Source: an uncultured Chloroflexia bacterium
GTDB lineage: Bacteria > Chloroflexota > Limnocylindria > Limnocylindrales > CSP1-4
Reading direction: 5' to 3'
DNA length: 64,000 bases
Assembly (NCBI GenBank): GCA_963833535.1
Contig: CAWHYC010000007.1
Location: 9,972 to 73,971 of the forward strand
The notes under the pieces are model-generated. The model was not told where the DNA came from and ran no database searches. It saw nothing but the letters and a program-made list of their open reading frames with translations. This document shows, in pieces, positions 19,767 through 29,276 of this stretch; positions within the stretch are counted from its first letter, which is position 1; each line of letters opens with the position of its first letter. Position numbers and translations under genes: made by a program.

Positions 19767-20324
19767 GTGGATCGGTCGCTCGTCCTGGCGGCTCGATCCG
19801 GGGATGAGGAGGCCTTCGCCTCCCTCGCCCGCGGCTCGGCAGATCGGCTCTTCGCCGTCGCGCATCGGATCCTGCGTGACGTCGACCGGGCCGAGGATGC
19901 CGTGCAGCAGACGCTCGTCACGGCCTGGCGCGAGCTCCCGGGGCTCCGCGAGGCCGAGCGTTTCGACGCCTGGCTCCATCGCATCCTCGTCCACGCCTGC
20001 TACGCGGAAGCGCGGCGGGCACGGAGTTGGACGGCCAACGTGCGGGCGCTGCCCGTCGACGGGCCGGCCAGTCGCGACACGACCCAGGACGTGGTCGATC
20101 GCGACACCCTCGAGCGCGGCTTCCGGCGTTTGCCGCCGGAGCAGCGAGCGATCTTCGTCTTCCACCACTACCTCGGCCTGACGCTGGGCGAGATCGCCGA
20201 TACGCTCGACGTCCCGCTCGGCACCGTCAAGTCGAGGCTTCACTACGCCACCAACACCCTTCGGGCCGCCCTCGAGGCGGACGCCCGGACGGTGACTCCA
20301 TCCTCGCGGGAGCGCATGGCATGA
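19767..20324 (+). CDS. ECF (group 4) sigma-70 factor, module 1
   Basis: Region 2 AEDAVQQTLVTAWRELPGLR..FDAWLHRILVHAC. Region 4 LPPEQRAIFVFHHYLGLTLGEIADTLDVPLGTVKSRLHYA. GTG start. Confidence 0.9.
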   Translation: MDRSLVLAARSGDEEAFASLARGSADRLFAVAHRILRDVDRAEDAVQQTLVTAWRELPGLREAERFDAWLHRILVHACYAEARRARSWTANVRALPVDGPASRDTTQDVVDRDTLERGFRRLPPEQRAIFVFHHYLGLTLGEIADTLDVPLGTVKSRLHYATNTLRAALEADARTVTPSSRERMA

Positions 20325-21262
20325 ACGGCAACACCGACTTCGACCGGATCGCCCAGTCCTGGCTGCAGGACGGGCCGACCGAGATGCCGGACCGCTCGCT
20401 TCAGGCTGCCCTCGACGAGGTCCATGTGACATCACAGCAGCGCTTCGGCGCCGCTCGGAGGGTCATCCCCATGAACGGCAATACCTGGCGGGTCGCGGCG
20501 GCTGCCGTGATCGGCCTGCTCATCATCCTCGGCGGCATCACCTTCCTGGGTGGGCGGCAGGGCGGCGTCGGCGGTCCCCCGGCCAGCCCCACGCCGGTTT
20601 CGCCCACTCCGAGCCCGACGCCCCCGCCGCTCGCGCTCCCTCCAGACGAGGGAACGCTTCTGGGCGGCACCTACCGTGCCGGCGACCCATTCCTCGTGCC
20701 GCTCACATTCACCGCGCCGGTCGGCTTCATCGGGCGCCTAGGGGGGGACTACCACGCGTACGTCGCCTCAACGCCCTCTAGGCCGGACCTGGTCGACTTC
20801 TCGATCTTCGACCAGGTGTACGCGGATCCCTGCCACTTCGAACAGGGTTTCGTGACTCCCACGCCCGGACCGACGGTCGATGACCTCGTCGCCGCGTTGG
20901 GTGCCATGCCGTCCATCGTTGCGACGGCCCCGGTGGATGTCACGGTGGACGGGTATCACGGGAAGCAACTGACCATCACGTCGCCGAAAGACTTCAATGG
21001 CTGCGCGGTGTCGCCCGATGGATTCGCTCTCTGGCAGCTCCCTCTCGGTACGATATACACCATGGAGCCCGATCAGAGCTATCGCGTCTCGATCATCGAC
21101 GTCGCCGGACAGCGGCTGGTGATCCTTGTGGGTGAAGGACGTGATCTGACTGCACAGGAACGCACCGACGCAAAGAGCATCTTCGACTCCATCCAGATCG
21201 AGGCGCCGGCCTCCAGCCTGTCGCCGGCCGGCGCATCCCCTGGCGCATCGCCGGCGCCGTAG
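20321..21262 (+). CDS. single-pass membrane partner of sigma-1 (putative anti-sigma), ADPC...DSIQIE-type outer domain
   Basis: ATGA overlap with the sigma stop. N-terminus is DRIAQSWLQDGPTEMPDRSL...TSQQRF...RVIPMNGN, then a TM helix, then a Pro/Thr linker. Confidence 0.7.
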   Translation: MNGNTDFDRIAQSWLQDGPTEMPDRSLQAALDEVHVTSQQRFGAARRVIPMNGNTWRVAAAAVIGLLIILGGITFLGGRQGGVGGPPASPTPVSPTPSPTPPPLALPPDEGTLLGGTYRAGDPFLVPLTFTAPVGFIGRLGGDYHAYVASTPSRPDLVDFSIFDQVYADPCHFEQGFVTPTPGPTVDDLVAALGAMPSIVATAPVDVTVDGYHGKQLTITSPKDFNGCAVSPDGFALWQLPLGTIYTMEPDQSYRVSIIDVAGQRLVILVGEGRDLTAQERTDAKSIFDSIQIEAPASSLSPAGASPGASPAP

Positions 21263-21286
21263 CGGCCACCTTCGCCGAGCCCAGAG

Positions 21287-21322
21287 GCCCCGCCCGGATC
21301 ACTCGCCGGTCGGGGCTTCTCC
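21287..21322 (+). terminator. intrinsic-terminator-like hairpin after module 1
   Basis: GCCCCGCCCGG-atcactcg-CCGGTCGGGGC (11-bp stem, one mismatch), followed by TTCTCC. Confidence 0.5.
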
Positions 21323-21329
21323 GTGCCCG

Positions 21330-21364
21330 TTGAACCTTTGCCCGCATGCGACCATCTCTAGTGG
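21330..21364 (+). promoter_or_regulatory. shared ECF-family upstream motif, copy 2
   Basis: TTGAACC-N21-TCTAGTGG. Confidence 0.4.
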
Positions 21365-21403
21365 GTGAAGCGCCCCCAGATCGGGCGCCGCGGGAGGGAA
21401 CCC

Positions 21404-21952
21404 ATGCGGGAGAGGTTGGTCGAGCGGGCTCGCGGAGGCGACGAGAGCGCCTTCACCGAGCTCGTCGACCTGGAAGGCGACCGCTGCTACGCGATCGCGT
21501 ACCGGATCCTCCGGGACGTCGAGCGGGCGCAGGACGCCGTCCAGCAGGCCCTCATCCTGGCCTGGCGCGAGCTTCCGCGGTTGCGCGACCCGGAGCGTTT
21601 CCAGCCCTGGCTCTACCGCCTCCTGGTCAACGCCTGCTACGAGGAGGCACGTCGGTACCGACGCTGGAGCCTGCGTGTCCGCACCCTGCCGGTCGACGGG
21701 CCGACAGTCGAGGACACGACCGCCTCGATCCTCGACCGGGATGCCCTGGAACGCGCGTTCCTGAAGCTCTCGCCGGAGCACCGAGCGGTCTTCGTCCTGC
21801 ACCACCACATCGGGCTGCCCCTGGCCTCGATCGCCGAGGTCGTCGGCGTGCCGATCGGCACGGTCAAATCCCGACTCCACCACGCCACGCGGAACCTCCG
21901 CGCGGCCATCACCGCAGACGATCACGAGGCGGCGGAGGCGCGTCCGGCATGA
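21404..21952 (+). CDS. ECF sigma factor, module 2
   Basis: The ORF is listed from GTG 21365. ATG 21404 is preferred because it follows GGGAGGGAA and gives MRERLVERARGGD, aligned with the paralogs. Regions 2 and 4 are as in module 1. Confidence 0.9.
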   Translation: MRERLVERARGGDESAFTELVDLEGDRCYAIAYRILRDVERAQDAVQQALILAWRELPRLRDPERFQPWLYRLLVNACYEEARRYRRWSLRVRTLPVDGPTVEDTTASILDRDALERAFLKLSPEHRAVFVLHHHIGLPLASIAEVVGVPIGTVKSRLHHATRNLRAAITADDHEAAEARPA

Positions 21953-22794
21953 AGGCACTTCACGATCCCGACGCGATCATCGCCGCCTGGCTCGAAGACG
22001 GACCCCTCGCGCTGCCTGATGGCTCGCGCCGGGTGGTCGAGAGCAGCATCCACCTGACACCACAACGGCGGGGGCCGCTGGCGTGGCTCCCGTGGAGGGA
22101 TCCAACCATGAACGGTAATTCGACGCGCGTGGCACTGGCCGCCGTCGTCGCGCTGATCATCCTTGTAGGTGGCGGCATCTACCTGGCCAATCGGAGCTCA
22201 GGCGGGGTGGGAGGCCCACCGGCCGCGACCCCGAGCCCCATCGCCACGGCCACCGCCGCGCCGTCACCCGCGTCGTCAACGTCACCGACACCAGGGCCGA
22301 CACCGGTCGACACGACCGGCTGGGTGGCTTTCTCGTCGGATCGCTATGGCTACGACATCGCCTATCCGCCGACATGGGCAGAAGAAGCTGCAACGCGCGA
22401 TTGGTCGATCGATCTCGATCGGGGCCAAAACGTGAACCCAGGCGCCGACCACTTCGTCGGGGGCCCGGACGGGGACCAGACCGGCGTCACGGTGTTCTCG
22501 GCCGCCGTCCCCGCGGCCATGTCGAACGACGACTGGATCACCTCGTACCTGCCGACGGATCGCCCCATCTGCATCACCACGGACAAGTGGGAGGCCGTCG
22601 CCGTCGACGGTCAGCCGGCCATGCTCGAGCCGAGTGTCTGTGGCGACGACCAGGCCTTCCTCTTCAGCGGAAAGCGGGTCTACGTCTTCTCCATCTGGCG
22701 AACCGACCAGGTGCCCCTGCTCAAGGGCTTCCTTTCGACCGTTCGCTTCCACCCCGACGCCCTGCCGTCCACCTCACCTCCGGCCAGCCCGTAG
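21949..22794 (+). CDS. single-pass membrane partner of sigma-2, unrelated outer domain
   Basis: ATGA overlap. N-terminus is DAIIAAWLEDGPLALPDGS...TPQRRG...WRDPTMNGN, then a TM helix. The outer domain has no family I recognise. Confidence 0.7.
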   Translation: MKALHDPDAIIAAWLEDGPLALPDGSRRVVESSIHLTPQRRGPLAWLPWRDPTMNGNSTRVALAAVVALIILVGGGIYLANRSSGGVGGPPAATPSPIATATAAPSPASSTSPTPGPTPVDTTGWVAFSSDRYGYDIAYPPTWAEEAATRDWSIDLDRGQNVNPGADHFVGGPDGDQTGVTVFSAAVPAAMSNDDWITSYLPTDRPICITTDKWEAVAVDGQPAMLEPSVCGDDQAFLFSGKRVYVFSIWRTDQVPLLKGFLSTVRFHPDALPSTSPPASP

Positions 22795-22838
22795 CCGCTC
22801 GCCAGTCGGCGTAAGGGCCGACTCGTCAGAGCGATCGA

Positions 22839-22872
22839 GACCCCGGCCGAGCCAGCTCAGCCGGGGTCTTGC
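22839..22872 (+). terminator. hairpin after module 2
   Basis: GACCCCGGC-12 nt-GCCGGGGTC followed by TTGCGTG. A second hairpin, AGTCGGC-gtaagg-GCCGACT, lies at 22804..22823. Confidence 0.45.
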
Positions 22873-22880
22873 GTGATGAC

Positions 22881-22914
22881 GTGAACGTTTCCGCCTTGTG
22901 GTCCGCCGTTAAGG
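22881..22914 (+). promoter_or_regulatory. shared ECF-family upstream motif, copy 3 (weaker -10 part)
   Basis: GTGAACG-N22-TTAAGG. Confidence 0.3.
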
Positions 22915-22959
22915 TATGAGCGCGGCCACGACGGCCGCGCGGCAGCCCTGGGAGGGGCC

Positions 22960-23505
22960 GTGGACCGCGAGCTGGTCGAGCGGGCACGCAGCGGCGACCA
23001 CGATGCATTCGAGGTCCTCGCGGCCGGCATCGTCGATCGTTGCTACGCCGTTGCGCGCCTGATCCTGCGAGACGCGGATCGCGCCGAAGACGCTGCCCAG
23101 GAGGCGCTCGTGCGCTGCTGGAGGGACCTGCCCTCCCTGCGCGAGGTCGACCGCTTCGACGCCTGGCTGAGCCGCCTCCTGATGCACGCCATCAACGACG
23201 AGTTCCGGCGCGGCTCGCGTTTCAAGGCGCAGATCACCGTCCTGTCCAGGGAGCCGGCCGTCGCCGACACAAGCGGCGCCATCGCTGACCGCGAGCTCCT
23301 CGACCGCGGCTTTGCCCGCCTCTCGCTTGAGCACCGCTGCGTCGTCGTCCTCCGACTCCATCTTGGCCTCTCCATCGAGGAGACAGCGACCACCCTTGGG
23401 ATCCCTGTCGGGACGGCGAAGTCCCGGCTGCATTACGCGACCGAGGCCCTGCGTCGAGCACTCGAGGCCGACGCTGAACCCCGACCGCAGGAGGTGAGCG
23501 CATGA
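22960..23505 (+). CDS. ECF sigma factor, module 3
   Basis: GTG start after GGGAGGGG. MDRELVERARSGD...AEDAAQEALVRCWRDLPSLR...LGIPVGTAKSRLHYA. Confidence 0.9.
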   Translation: MDRELVERARSGDHDAFEVLAAGIVDRCYAVARLILRDADRAEDAAQEALVRCWRDLPSLREVDRFDAWLSRLLMHAINDEFRRGSRFKAQITVLSREPAVADTSGAIADRELLDRGFARLSLEHRCVVVLRLHLGLSIEETATTLGIPVGTAKSRLHYATEALRRALEADAEPRPQEVSA

Positions 23506-24428
23506 ACGCCGGGCCCGACGTCGAGCGCCGCATCTCTGCATGGCTGGCCAAGGAGGTCCCGACCCGGGCCCCGGATCGGATCCTCCCGGCCGCCTTCGAA
23601 CGCACGCGACACACACATCAGCGGCGCTTCGGTGCCGCCTGGAGGATGATCACCATGAACCGCACCTGGCAGCTCGCGACGGCCGCCGTCGTGGGCATCC
23701 TCTTGATCGGCGCGGGGGCCGTCTGGATCGGTGGCTCCAATGGCATCGGAACGCCCGTTGCCACGCCGTCGCCGACGCCACCACCGTTGCCATTCCCATC
23801 GTCCGGCGCCGTCGACTCCGGGACCTACCGGATCACGATCCCTGGCGTCCCCGCGGTGACCGTAACCTTGCCGGCCGGCTGGACGAACGGCGGAGCCGGC
23901 GGGCCGACCAAGAATGACAGCACCCCGCTCCTCGTGAGCCTCAGCCCATGGGTCGTCGGCAACATCTACGCCGACCCCTGCAAGTGGGGCGACGGCGCGC
24001 TCGATCCGCCGGTCGGACCGTCGGTCGACGACCTGGCCAACGCCCTGGCCAAGCAGCCCTTGCGCAATGGCACGACGCCGACCCCCGTCACCGTCGATGG
24101 CTATTCGGGGAAGTACATGGAGCTGAGCACGCCGGCTGATCTCGACCTCGCGACGTGCTCGAAGGCCGCCGGTGGGAGCGCATCCACGCCCGGCGCCTTC
24201 GTCACCTGGGTCGGAACGGCGGGGGACGACTACAACGGGCTCGCCACCCCCGGCTCGCATGACCGGGTCTGGATCCTCGACGTGGACGGTGTTCGGCTCG
24301 TGCTCGATGCGACCGACTACGCATCGGCGACATCCGAAGACAAGGCCGAGCTGCAGAGCATCATCGACTCGATCCAGATCGAGCCGCTGTCAGCGTCGCC
24401 ATCGGCGTCGCCGGCTGCCAGTCCGTAG
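23502..24428 (+). CDS. single-pass membrane partner of sigma-3, ADPC...DSIQIE-type outer domain
   Basis: ATGA overlap. N-terminus is ERRISAWLAKEVPTRAPDRIL...THQRRFGAAWRMITMN, then a TM helix. C-terminus is ...SIIDSIQIE. Confidence 0.7.
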   Translation: MNAGPDVERRISAWLAKEVPTRAPDRILPAAFERTRHTHQRRFGAAWRMITMNRTWQLATAAVVGILLIGAGAVWIGGSNGIGTPVATPSPTPPPLPFPSSGAVDSGTYRITIPGVPAVTVTLPAGWTNGGAGGPTKNDSTPLLVSLSPWVVGNIYADPCKWGDGALDPPVGPSVDDLANALAKQPLRNGTTPTPVTVDGYSGKYMELSTPADLDLATCSKAAGGSASTPGAFVTWVGTAGDDYNGLATPGSHDRVWILDVDGVRLVLDATDYASATSEDKAELQSIIDSIQIEPLSASPSASPAASP

Positions 24429-24820
24429 CGCCGTCGATCGAGGCGTCACGCCACGAGACACACTACGACCATCCGGGCTACCAATGGCGCGGGTGTTGTG
24501 AGCGTCTCGACGGTGGCCTCGCCGCCAAGCCACACTCAGCAGCTGCCCATGATCGTCCGGGCCACCGATCAGGTTGGTGGCCCGGATGCCTGGCGCACGG
24601 AGTACCAGCAGGGCTGGTATCTCGGAGATGCGAGCTGCGCAGTGCGGCTGCCCTCGGCCGATCTCGAGTCCACCCGCGTGGCGTCGAGTGTTGGCTGGAA
24701 CTCGGGGCCCGGACGGGCCGACCATGTGGGGCGACGCGACTGGCTGGTCGTACTACGGCTACTGGCAACCGCAACCCTGACGGCGGGTCTTCGATCGTCA
24801 CGAGCGGCCTCGGCGGGCAC

Positions 24821-24854
24821 CACTGCCGGGGCCGCTCCACTGCCGGGGCCGCTC
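24821..24854 (+). repeat. perfect 17-bp tandem duplication CACTGCCGGGGCCGCTC x2
   Basis: Read directly. It lies in the 470-bp unassigned spacer before the aldolase stop. Confidence 0.8.
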
Positions 24855-24899
24855 CGCGCTCGTGGCGTCGTCGGTCCGACGGCGATCCCCGCTCGTGAC

Positions 24900-25721
24900 C
24901 TAGCGCATGAAGTTGCGCGCCATCTCCAGCACGACGCGCGCCCCGTTCGAGATCCAGCCGCCGTCCGACCCGAGGCCGATGAACGTGTAGCCGCGGTCGA
25001 GGTAGGCGGGCACGTCCTCCGCACCCTTGAGGAGGATGCCCGCCGCCTTGCCGTGTGCCCGGCAGGCCGTCGCGACCGTGTCGACGGCGGCCATGAAGGT
25101 CGGGTGCTGGAACTGACCGGGCACGCCCAGACTGTGCGACAGGTCCGTGGGTCCGACGAACAGGACGTCGACACCGTCGAGGGCGGCCATGGCATCCGCG
25201 TTCGCGACCGCGGCCGGGCTCTCGATCTGGAAGATGCCGACCGGCAGGGCGTTCAGCTTCTGGACGTCGGCATGGGCGACCGAGCTCTGGCCAGCGCCGC
25301 GTGTCGAGAGAGCCAGGCCGCGCAACCCGTCCGGTGGGAAGCGCATCCAGCTCACAGCGTCTGCGGCCTGTGCGACGGTCTCCAGGCGCGGGATCATCAC
25401 GCCCTCGGCCCCGAAGTCGAGCGCCCGTCCGATGCGCAGGCGAGTGCCTTCCTCGACTCGCACTAGGGCTGTCGCGGGCGTCGTTTGCAGGGCGTAGATG
25501 CCGGGCAGCAGGTCTGTCTCGGTCAGCGTGCTGTGCTCGAGATCGAGGAGTGCCCAGTCGAGGCCGGTGCGGCCAAGGATCTCGGCCGCGATGGGCGAGG
25601 CCAGGCCGGCAAAGGCGCCGAACGTCACCTCGCCCGCCAGGATGCGGCGGCGCAGGTCGGTGCGCGGCTGGAGCGGGTCAGTCTGCATGGCCGGCCGATG
25701 GTACGACAGCCGATCGCTCAC
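24900..25721 (-). CDS. HpcH/HpaI family aldolase
   Basis: DWALLDLEHS, VRVEEG, GAEGVMIPRLET, IFQIESPAAVANADAMAALDGVDVLFVGPTDLS. Confidence 0.85.
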   Translation of the reverse strand: MSDRLSYHRPAMQTDPLQPRTDLRRRILAGEVTFGAFAGLASPIAAEILGRTGLDWALLDLEHSTLTETDLLPGIYALQTTPATALVRVEEGTRLRIGRALDFGAEGVMIPRLETVAQAADAVSWMRFPPDGLRGLALSTRGAGQSSVAHADVQKLNALPVGIFQIESPAAVANADAMAALDGVDVLFVGPTDLSHSLGVPGQFQHPTFMAAVDTVATACRAHGKAAGILLKGAEDVPAYLDRGYTFIGLGSDGGWISNGARVVLEMARNFMR

Positions 25722-25764
25722 CCGCTGGTCCCTGAGTGCCAGGAGCTGCCGGTCGATCCCGACG

Positions 25765-26175
25765 CTAATCGCGCGACGGATCGACGATGGCGAGGTCGGC
25801 GAAGTAGGTTCGATAGAACCCGCGATCGCGAGTCAGCAGTCGATCCGCCTGAGTGCGGGCATGTGCGCCGATCAGGAAGTCCGCGATGACCCGGCTGCGT
25901 GGTCCGCCTGTCGCCCGATACCGTCGCCACGCCGCACCGGCGTCGAGCGCGGCCTCCGGGCGCATCTGGTCGAAGTCGAGCTCGAAGCTAGCCAGCGCTT
26001 CCGCTGCCGTGGCGGATGATGGATACGCTGCCGAGAACTCTGCCCAGACGACCTCACAGGCAACGATACGGCCGCGCAGTGTGGCCTCTCGCAGCGCGGC
26101 CAATGACCTGCGCCCGAACGGTGCTCCGACGACCACGACGTCGAAGAGGATCGCCGTGTCGATGGCCGTGATCAC
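25765..26175 (-). CDS. vapC: PIN-domain toxin (VapC-type)
   Basis: MITAIDTAILFDV... and ...DFLIGAHA...LLTRDRGF. Overlaps the upstream antitoxin gene by 4 nt. Confidence 0.85.
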   Translation of the reverse strand: MITAIDTAILFDVVVVGAPFGRRSLAALREATLRGRIVACEVVWAEFSAAYPSSATAAEALASFELDFDQMRPEAALDAGAAWRRYRATGGPRSRVIADFLIGAHARTQADRLLTRDRGFYRTYFADLAIVDPSRD

Positions 26176-26414
26176 GCCGGATCGATCGCGTCCGGCTTGC
26201 CGCGGAGCTCCTCGATCAGCTCGTCAGTCGTCTTGCCTCCGAGGTCCAGCGATCCGTACAAGCGGTCGAGCAGATCCTCGCGGACCGCCTTACGTGCGAC
26301 CAGCCGGCCACCGTCCTCCTCGAAGTCGAGAACCTGACCCGGTCGGATGCCGAGCCGTTCGCGCAGGCGCTTCGGGATGGTGACCTGGCCTTTCTCGGAG
26401 ACCGTGGCTTTCAT
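26172..26414 (-). CDS. vapB: AbrB/SpoVT-fold antitoxin (VapB-type)
   Basis: MKATVSEKGQVTIPKRLRERLGIRPGQ. Start trimmed from 26456. Confidence 0.8.
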   Translation of the reverse strand: MKATVSEKGQVTIPKRLRERLGIRPGQVLDFEEDGGRLVARKAVREDLLDRLYGSLDLGGKTTDELIEELRGKPDAIDPA

Positions 26415-26541
26415 ACTAAGATGGTACGCATTCCTACATCTCACGTCAAGGTTCAACGATCGAACCAGGGCGCGTTCGAGGCGGACCCGCAGCGGTTACG
26501 CTAGGCGGTCGGCTGATGATTCGGCCCAGGAGGTGGGTGTC

Positions 26542-26964
26542 ATGGCGGGTGATCCGAAGGACGAGTACATCGACGCGAGCAACAACGCACGACAGTTCCA
26601 GACCCTGCGGTTCGCCGAGCTGACCATCTACATGGCGCTGACCGGCGCGCTCGTTGCCGTCACGTTCAGCAAGATCGCCGCCCCCGTCGATCCGCTCGCG
26701 ACCGTCGCCCTGAAGGTGGCCGGCATTCTGATCACGCTGCTCTTCTGGATCCTCCAGGAGCGGACGATGCTCTACTGGCGCCACTTCGTGAAGCGTGCCG
26801 CCGAGCTCGAACCCGAGCTCGGCTTCCGGCAGTACTCGACTCGGCCATCCGAGGGTTGGGTCACCAGCCAGAACGCGATCCGGGCACTCTTCGTGGTCCT
26901 GACGGTCTTCTGGCTGGCCGCACTCGTCTGGATCCCGCCGGTCTCGCAGCCGCCCGCGCCCTGA
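26542..26964 (+). CDS. hypothetical membrane protein (3 TM)
   Basis: ATG after AGGAGGTGGG. No family recognised. Confidence 0.5.
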   Translation: MAGDPKDEYIDASNNARQFQTLRFAELTIYMALTGALVAVTFSKIAAPVDPLATVALKVAGILITLLFWILQERTMLYWRHFVKRAAELEPELGFRQYSTRPSEGWVTSQNAIRALFVVLTVFWLAALVWIPPVSQPPAP

Positions 26965-26970
26965 CGGCGG

Positions 26971-28521
26971 CTACGGTCCGTTGACCAGCCCCGTCGTGTC
27001 GACGACCTCCAGGTCGCGACCGGTGATGACGTCCAGCTCGTGCATCACGTCGTCATCGAAGTGCGGGTCGCTCATGCCGCTGATGTACCAGGGCGAGCCG
27101 TTGTCGGCCAGGATCATGCCGTAGCGCTTGAGCGCGTCGGCGATGACCCGTGCCTGCGGTGAAAAGCCCGATGTGTCGTAGGTCGCCTTGAGTCGGACGC
27201 GCAGGCCCATCGGCGGTAGCGAGCTCGAGGTGGACGAGCTCGCGTAGTGCCTCGCGGGGTAGATGTAGGCGCGCCGCGTCTGGCTGGTCGTGAAGCGCAG
27301 CGCATGCTGGATGGCGCCGGCAGCGACCTCGTCGTAGCGCACCAGGCCCGGCAGGATCGGCAGACCGGCCGCGTCGGCACTGGTCCAGCCCTCGGTCCGC
27401 AGCGTCGTTCGAGCGCAGGTCCCAGGTCGCGCCGCTGCCCGCCGTCCATGCCCCGTTGACCTTGGCCGCCGCGAACAGCTCGTAGAGGCGGCAGGCATCC
27501 TCGATCGACCATCAGGATGTGCGCGTCCGAGCCACCCTCGATGAGCGGCGAGGCCGGGATGGGATAGCCGACGTGGTCGGAGTCCTCGTCGTACTCGAAG
27601 GTGACCGTCGAGCGTGGCGTGGTGGCGTCGACGACCTGGTAGGGGATGCCGTAGCCGGCGTACGAGCCGAAGTCCATGTGCAGCCCGCGGTCGAGCCCGA
27701 TGGCGTTGATCATCGTCGCCGAGTTCGCGGCCACCGACCGACCATCGATGCGCTGGTTCCAGACGTTGCTGGCGGGGAAGATCGGACAGCTCGGGCGCAC
27801 CAGGGACCGTCGGAGCCGTGCCGGGGCCTGCGGTCGGTGTGTGGCGCCGCTGTGGGCGTCGGCGTCGGTGTCGGCGTCGCTGTCGCGGTCGGCGTCGCCA
27901 TGGGTGTGGCGACCGGTGTCGGTGCCCGGTGTCGGCGTCGGGGTCGGGGTCGGGGCGATCGTGCCCGTCGAGCCTGGATAGCTGGTCGGGTCGAGCGGGT
28001 CGGTGCCGGCGGTCACCTCGACGCCATCGCGATAGCCGTCGCCGTCCGTGTCGGCCTTGCGCGGATGCGTCCCGTGATCCTGCTCCTGGCGGTTCGTCAG
28101 CCCGTCGTGATCCGGGTTCTCCTTGCCGTCACCGAGGCCATCCCGATCGGTGTCCTTGCGCAGCGGGCTGGTGTCGGCGCGGAACTCGGTCCGGTTCCAG
28201 AGCGCGTCGCCGTCGGCGTTCTCGTGGTCGTCGCGCTTCCCGTCGCCGTCCGTGTCGGCCTTGCGCGGATGGGTGCCGACGATGTACTCCTGCCGGTTGG
28301 TCAGGCCATCGTGATCGGGATCCTCCTTGCCGTCGGGATGCCGTCTCGGTCGAGTCCTTGCGGTGCGGGCTGGTCAGCGACTTGTTGCGCTCGAACCGGT
28401 CGGAGAGGTGGTCGCCGTCGCTGTCGGTCGCCGCCACGACGGTGACCGGCAGGCTGGCCGCGAGCATCAGCGACGCCGCCGCGAGCACGCTGAACCGGCC
28501 GAGGACGGTCTTCGACACCAT
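26971..28521 (-). pseudogene. secreted protein: signal peptide, thrombospondin-type-3-like Ca-binding repeats, low-complexity linker, conserved C-terminal domain; at least 4 frame changes
   Basis: Signal peptide MVSKTVLGRFSVLAAASLMLAAS. Repeats of the type DRDGIPDGKEDPDHDGLTNRQE...HPRKADTDGDG. C-domain pieces lie in three frames: NVWNQRIDG...SDAHILMVDR; ACRLYELFAAAKVNGAWTAGSGATWDLRSN; TLRTEGWTSADAAGLPILPGLVRYDEV...HALRFT...ADNGSPWYISG. Junctions are near 28351, 28334, 27503 and 27409. Confidence 0.6.
28041..28340 (-). repeat. internal coding repeat, period 204 bp (Asp-rich Ca-binding units)
   Basis: The string gccgtccgtgtcggccttgcgcggatg recurs at 28041 and 28245, and the following ~90 nt are similar. 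Confidence 0.6.
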
Positions 28522-28643
28522 GGGCGGGATGGTGGTCGTCGACTGGACGCCGCGACCAGCCACCCGGTGGTCACGTCGACGGGGGACCAAGGACCGGTTC
28601 CGACTGACACCGACCGCCTGGAGCGGCGCCGATCAGGCTGGCA

Positions 28644-28676
28644 TTGAACGCCAGCCGCTGCCCGTCCCCTCTGGAC
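28644..28676 (+). promoter_or_regulatory. shared ECF-family upstream motif, copy 4 (good -35-like part, poor -10-like part)
   Basis: TTGAACG-N20-CTCTGGAC. Confidence 0.3.
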
Positions 28677-28706
28677 CAGTAGACGCGCTCACGTCGAGCG
28701 CGCAGC

Positions 28707-29276
28707 ATGGTGAGCAGGGTGGATCGCGACCTCGTCCAGCAGGCCCAGCGTGGTGATCGGGACGCCTTCGCCGTCCTCGTTCGCACGCATGGTGACCGGC
28801 TGTTCGGCGTCGCGCGAAGGATCCTCCGCGAGATCGACCTGGCCGACGACGCCGTGCAGCAGGCACTCGTCGTCGCCTGGCGGGAGCTGCCCCGCCTGCG
28901 CGAGCCCGATCGCTTCGAGGCCTGGCTCACCCGCATCCTGGTACGCATCTGCTACGAGATCTCGCGCGCTTCGCGCCGCGCCTCGATCCACGTCGTGCCC
29001 CTCGAGGCCGCCGCGGAGCCGTCTGTCGCCGATCCGGTCGCGTCCGATCGCCGCAGCGCGATGCAGCTCGAGCGGGCCTTCCGCCGGCTGCCGCCCGATC
29101 AACGGGCGCTCCTGGTCCTGCGTCACTACCTCGGGCTGGAACCGAACGAGATCGCCGAAACGCTCGGCATCCCGGCCGGCACCGCCCGTTCCCGACTGCA
29201 TTACGCCCATCGCGAGATGCGCGCCGCCCTCGAAGCGGACGCTCGCCCTGCGATGGCCGGAGGACGATCGGCATGA
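28707..29276 (+). CDS. ECF sigma factor, module 4
   Basis: VDRDLVQQAQRGD...DDAVQQALVVAWRELPRLR...LGIPAGTARSRLHYA. An in-frame GTG at 28719 matches the paralog starts. Confidence 0.9.
   Translation: MVSRVDRDLVQQAQRGDRDAFAVLVRTHGDRLFGVARRILREIDLADDAVQQALVVAWRELPRLREPDRFEAWLTRILVRICYEISRASRRASIHVVPLEAAAEPSVADPVASDRRSAMQLERAFRRLPPDQRALLVLRHYLGLEPNEIAETLGIPAGTARSRLHYAHREMRAALEADARPAMAGGRSA

Noticed and set aside
26415-26541. GGTTC-aacgatc-GAACC palindrome in the vapB / membrane-protein divergent spacer, considered as a further copy of the ECF -35 motif.
   Set aside because: The sequence is TTCAACG, not TTGAACG, and no ATAG-type element follows. It is more simply a candidate VapB operator, which I cannot support further.
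27700-27960. Additional frame changes inside the low-complexity linker of the secreted repeat protein. The Asp/Ala reading (DADRDSDADTDADA) competes with the Thr/Pro reading (ATPTATATPTPTPTPT).
   Set aside because: The DNA is periodic, so both frames give plausible linkers and the sequence alone cannot decide. These are not counted among the frame changes.
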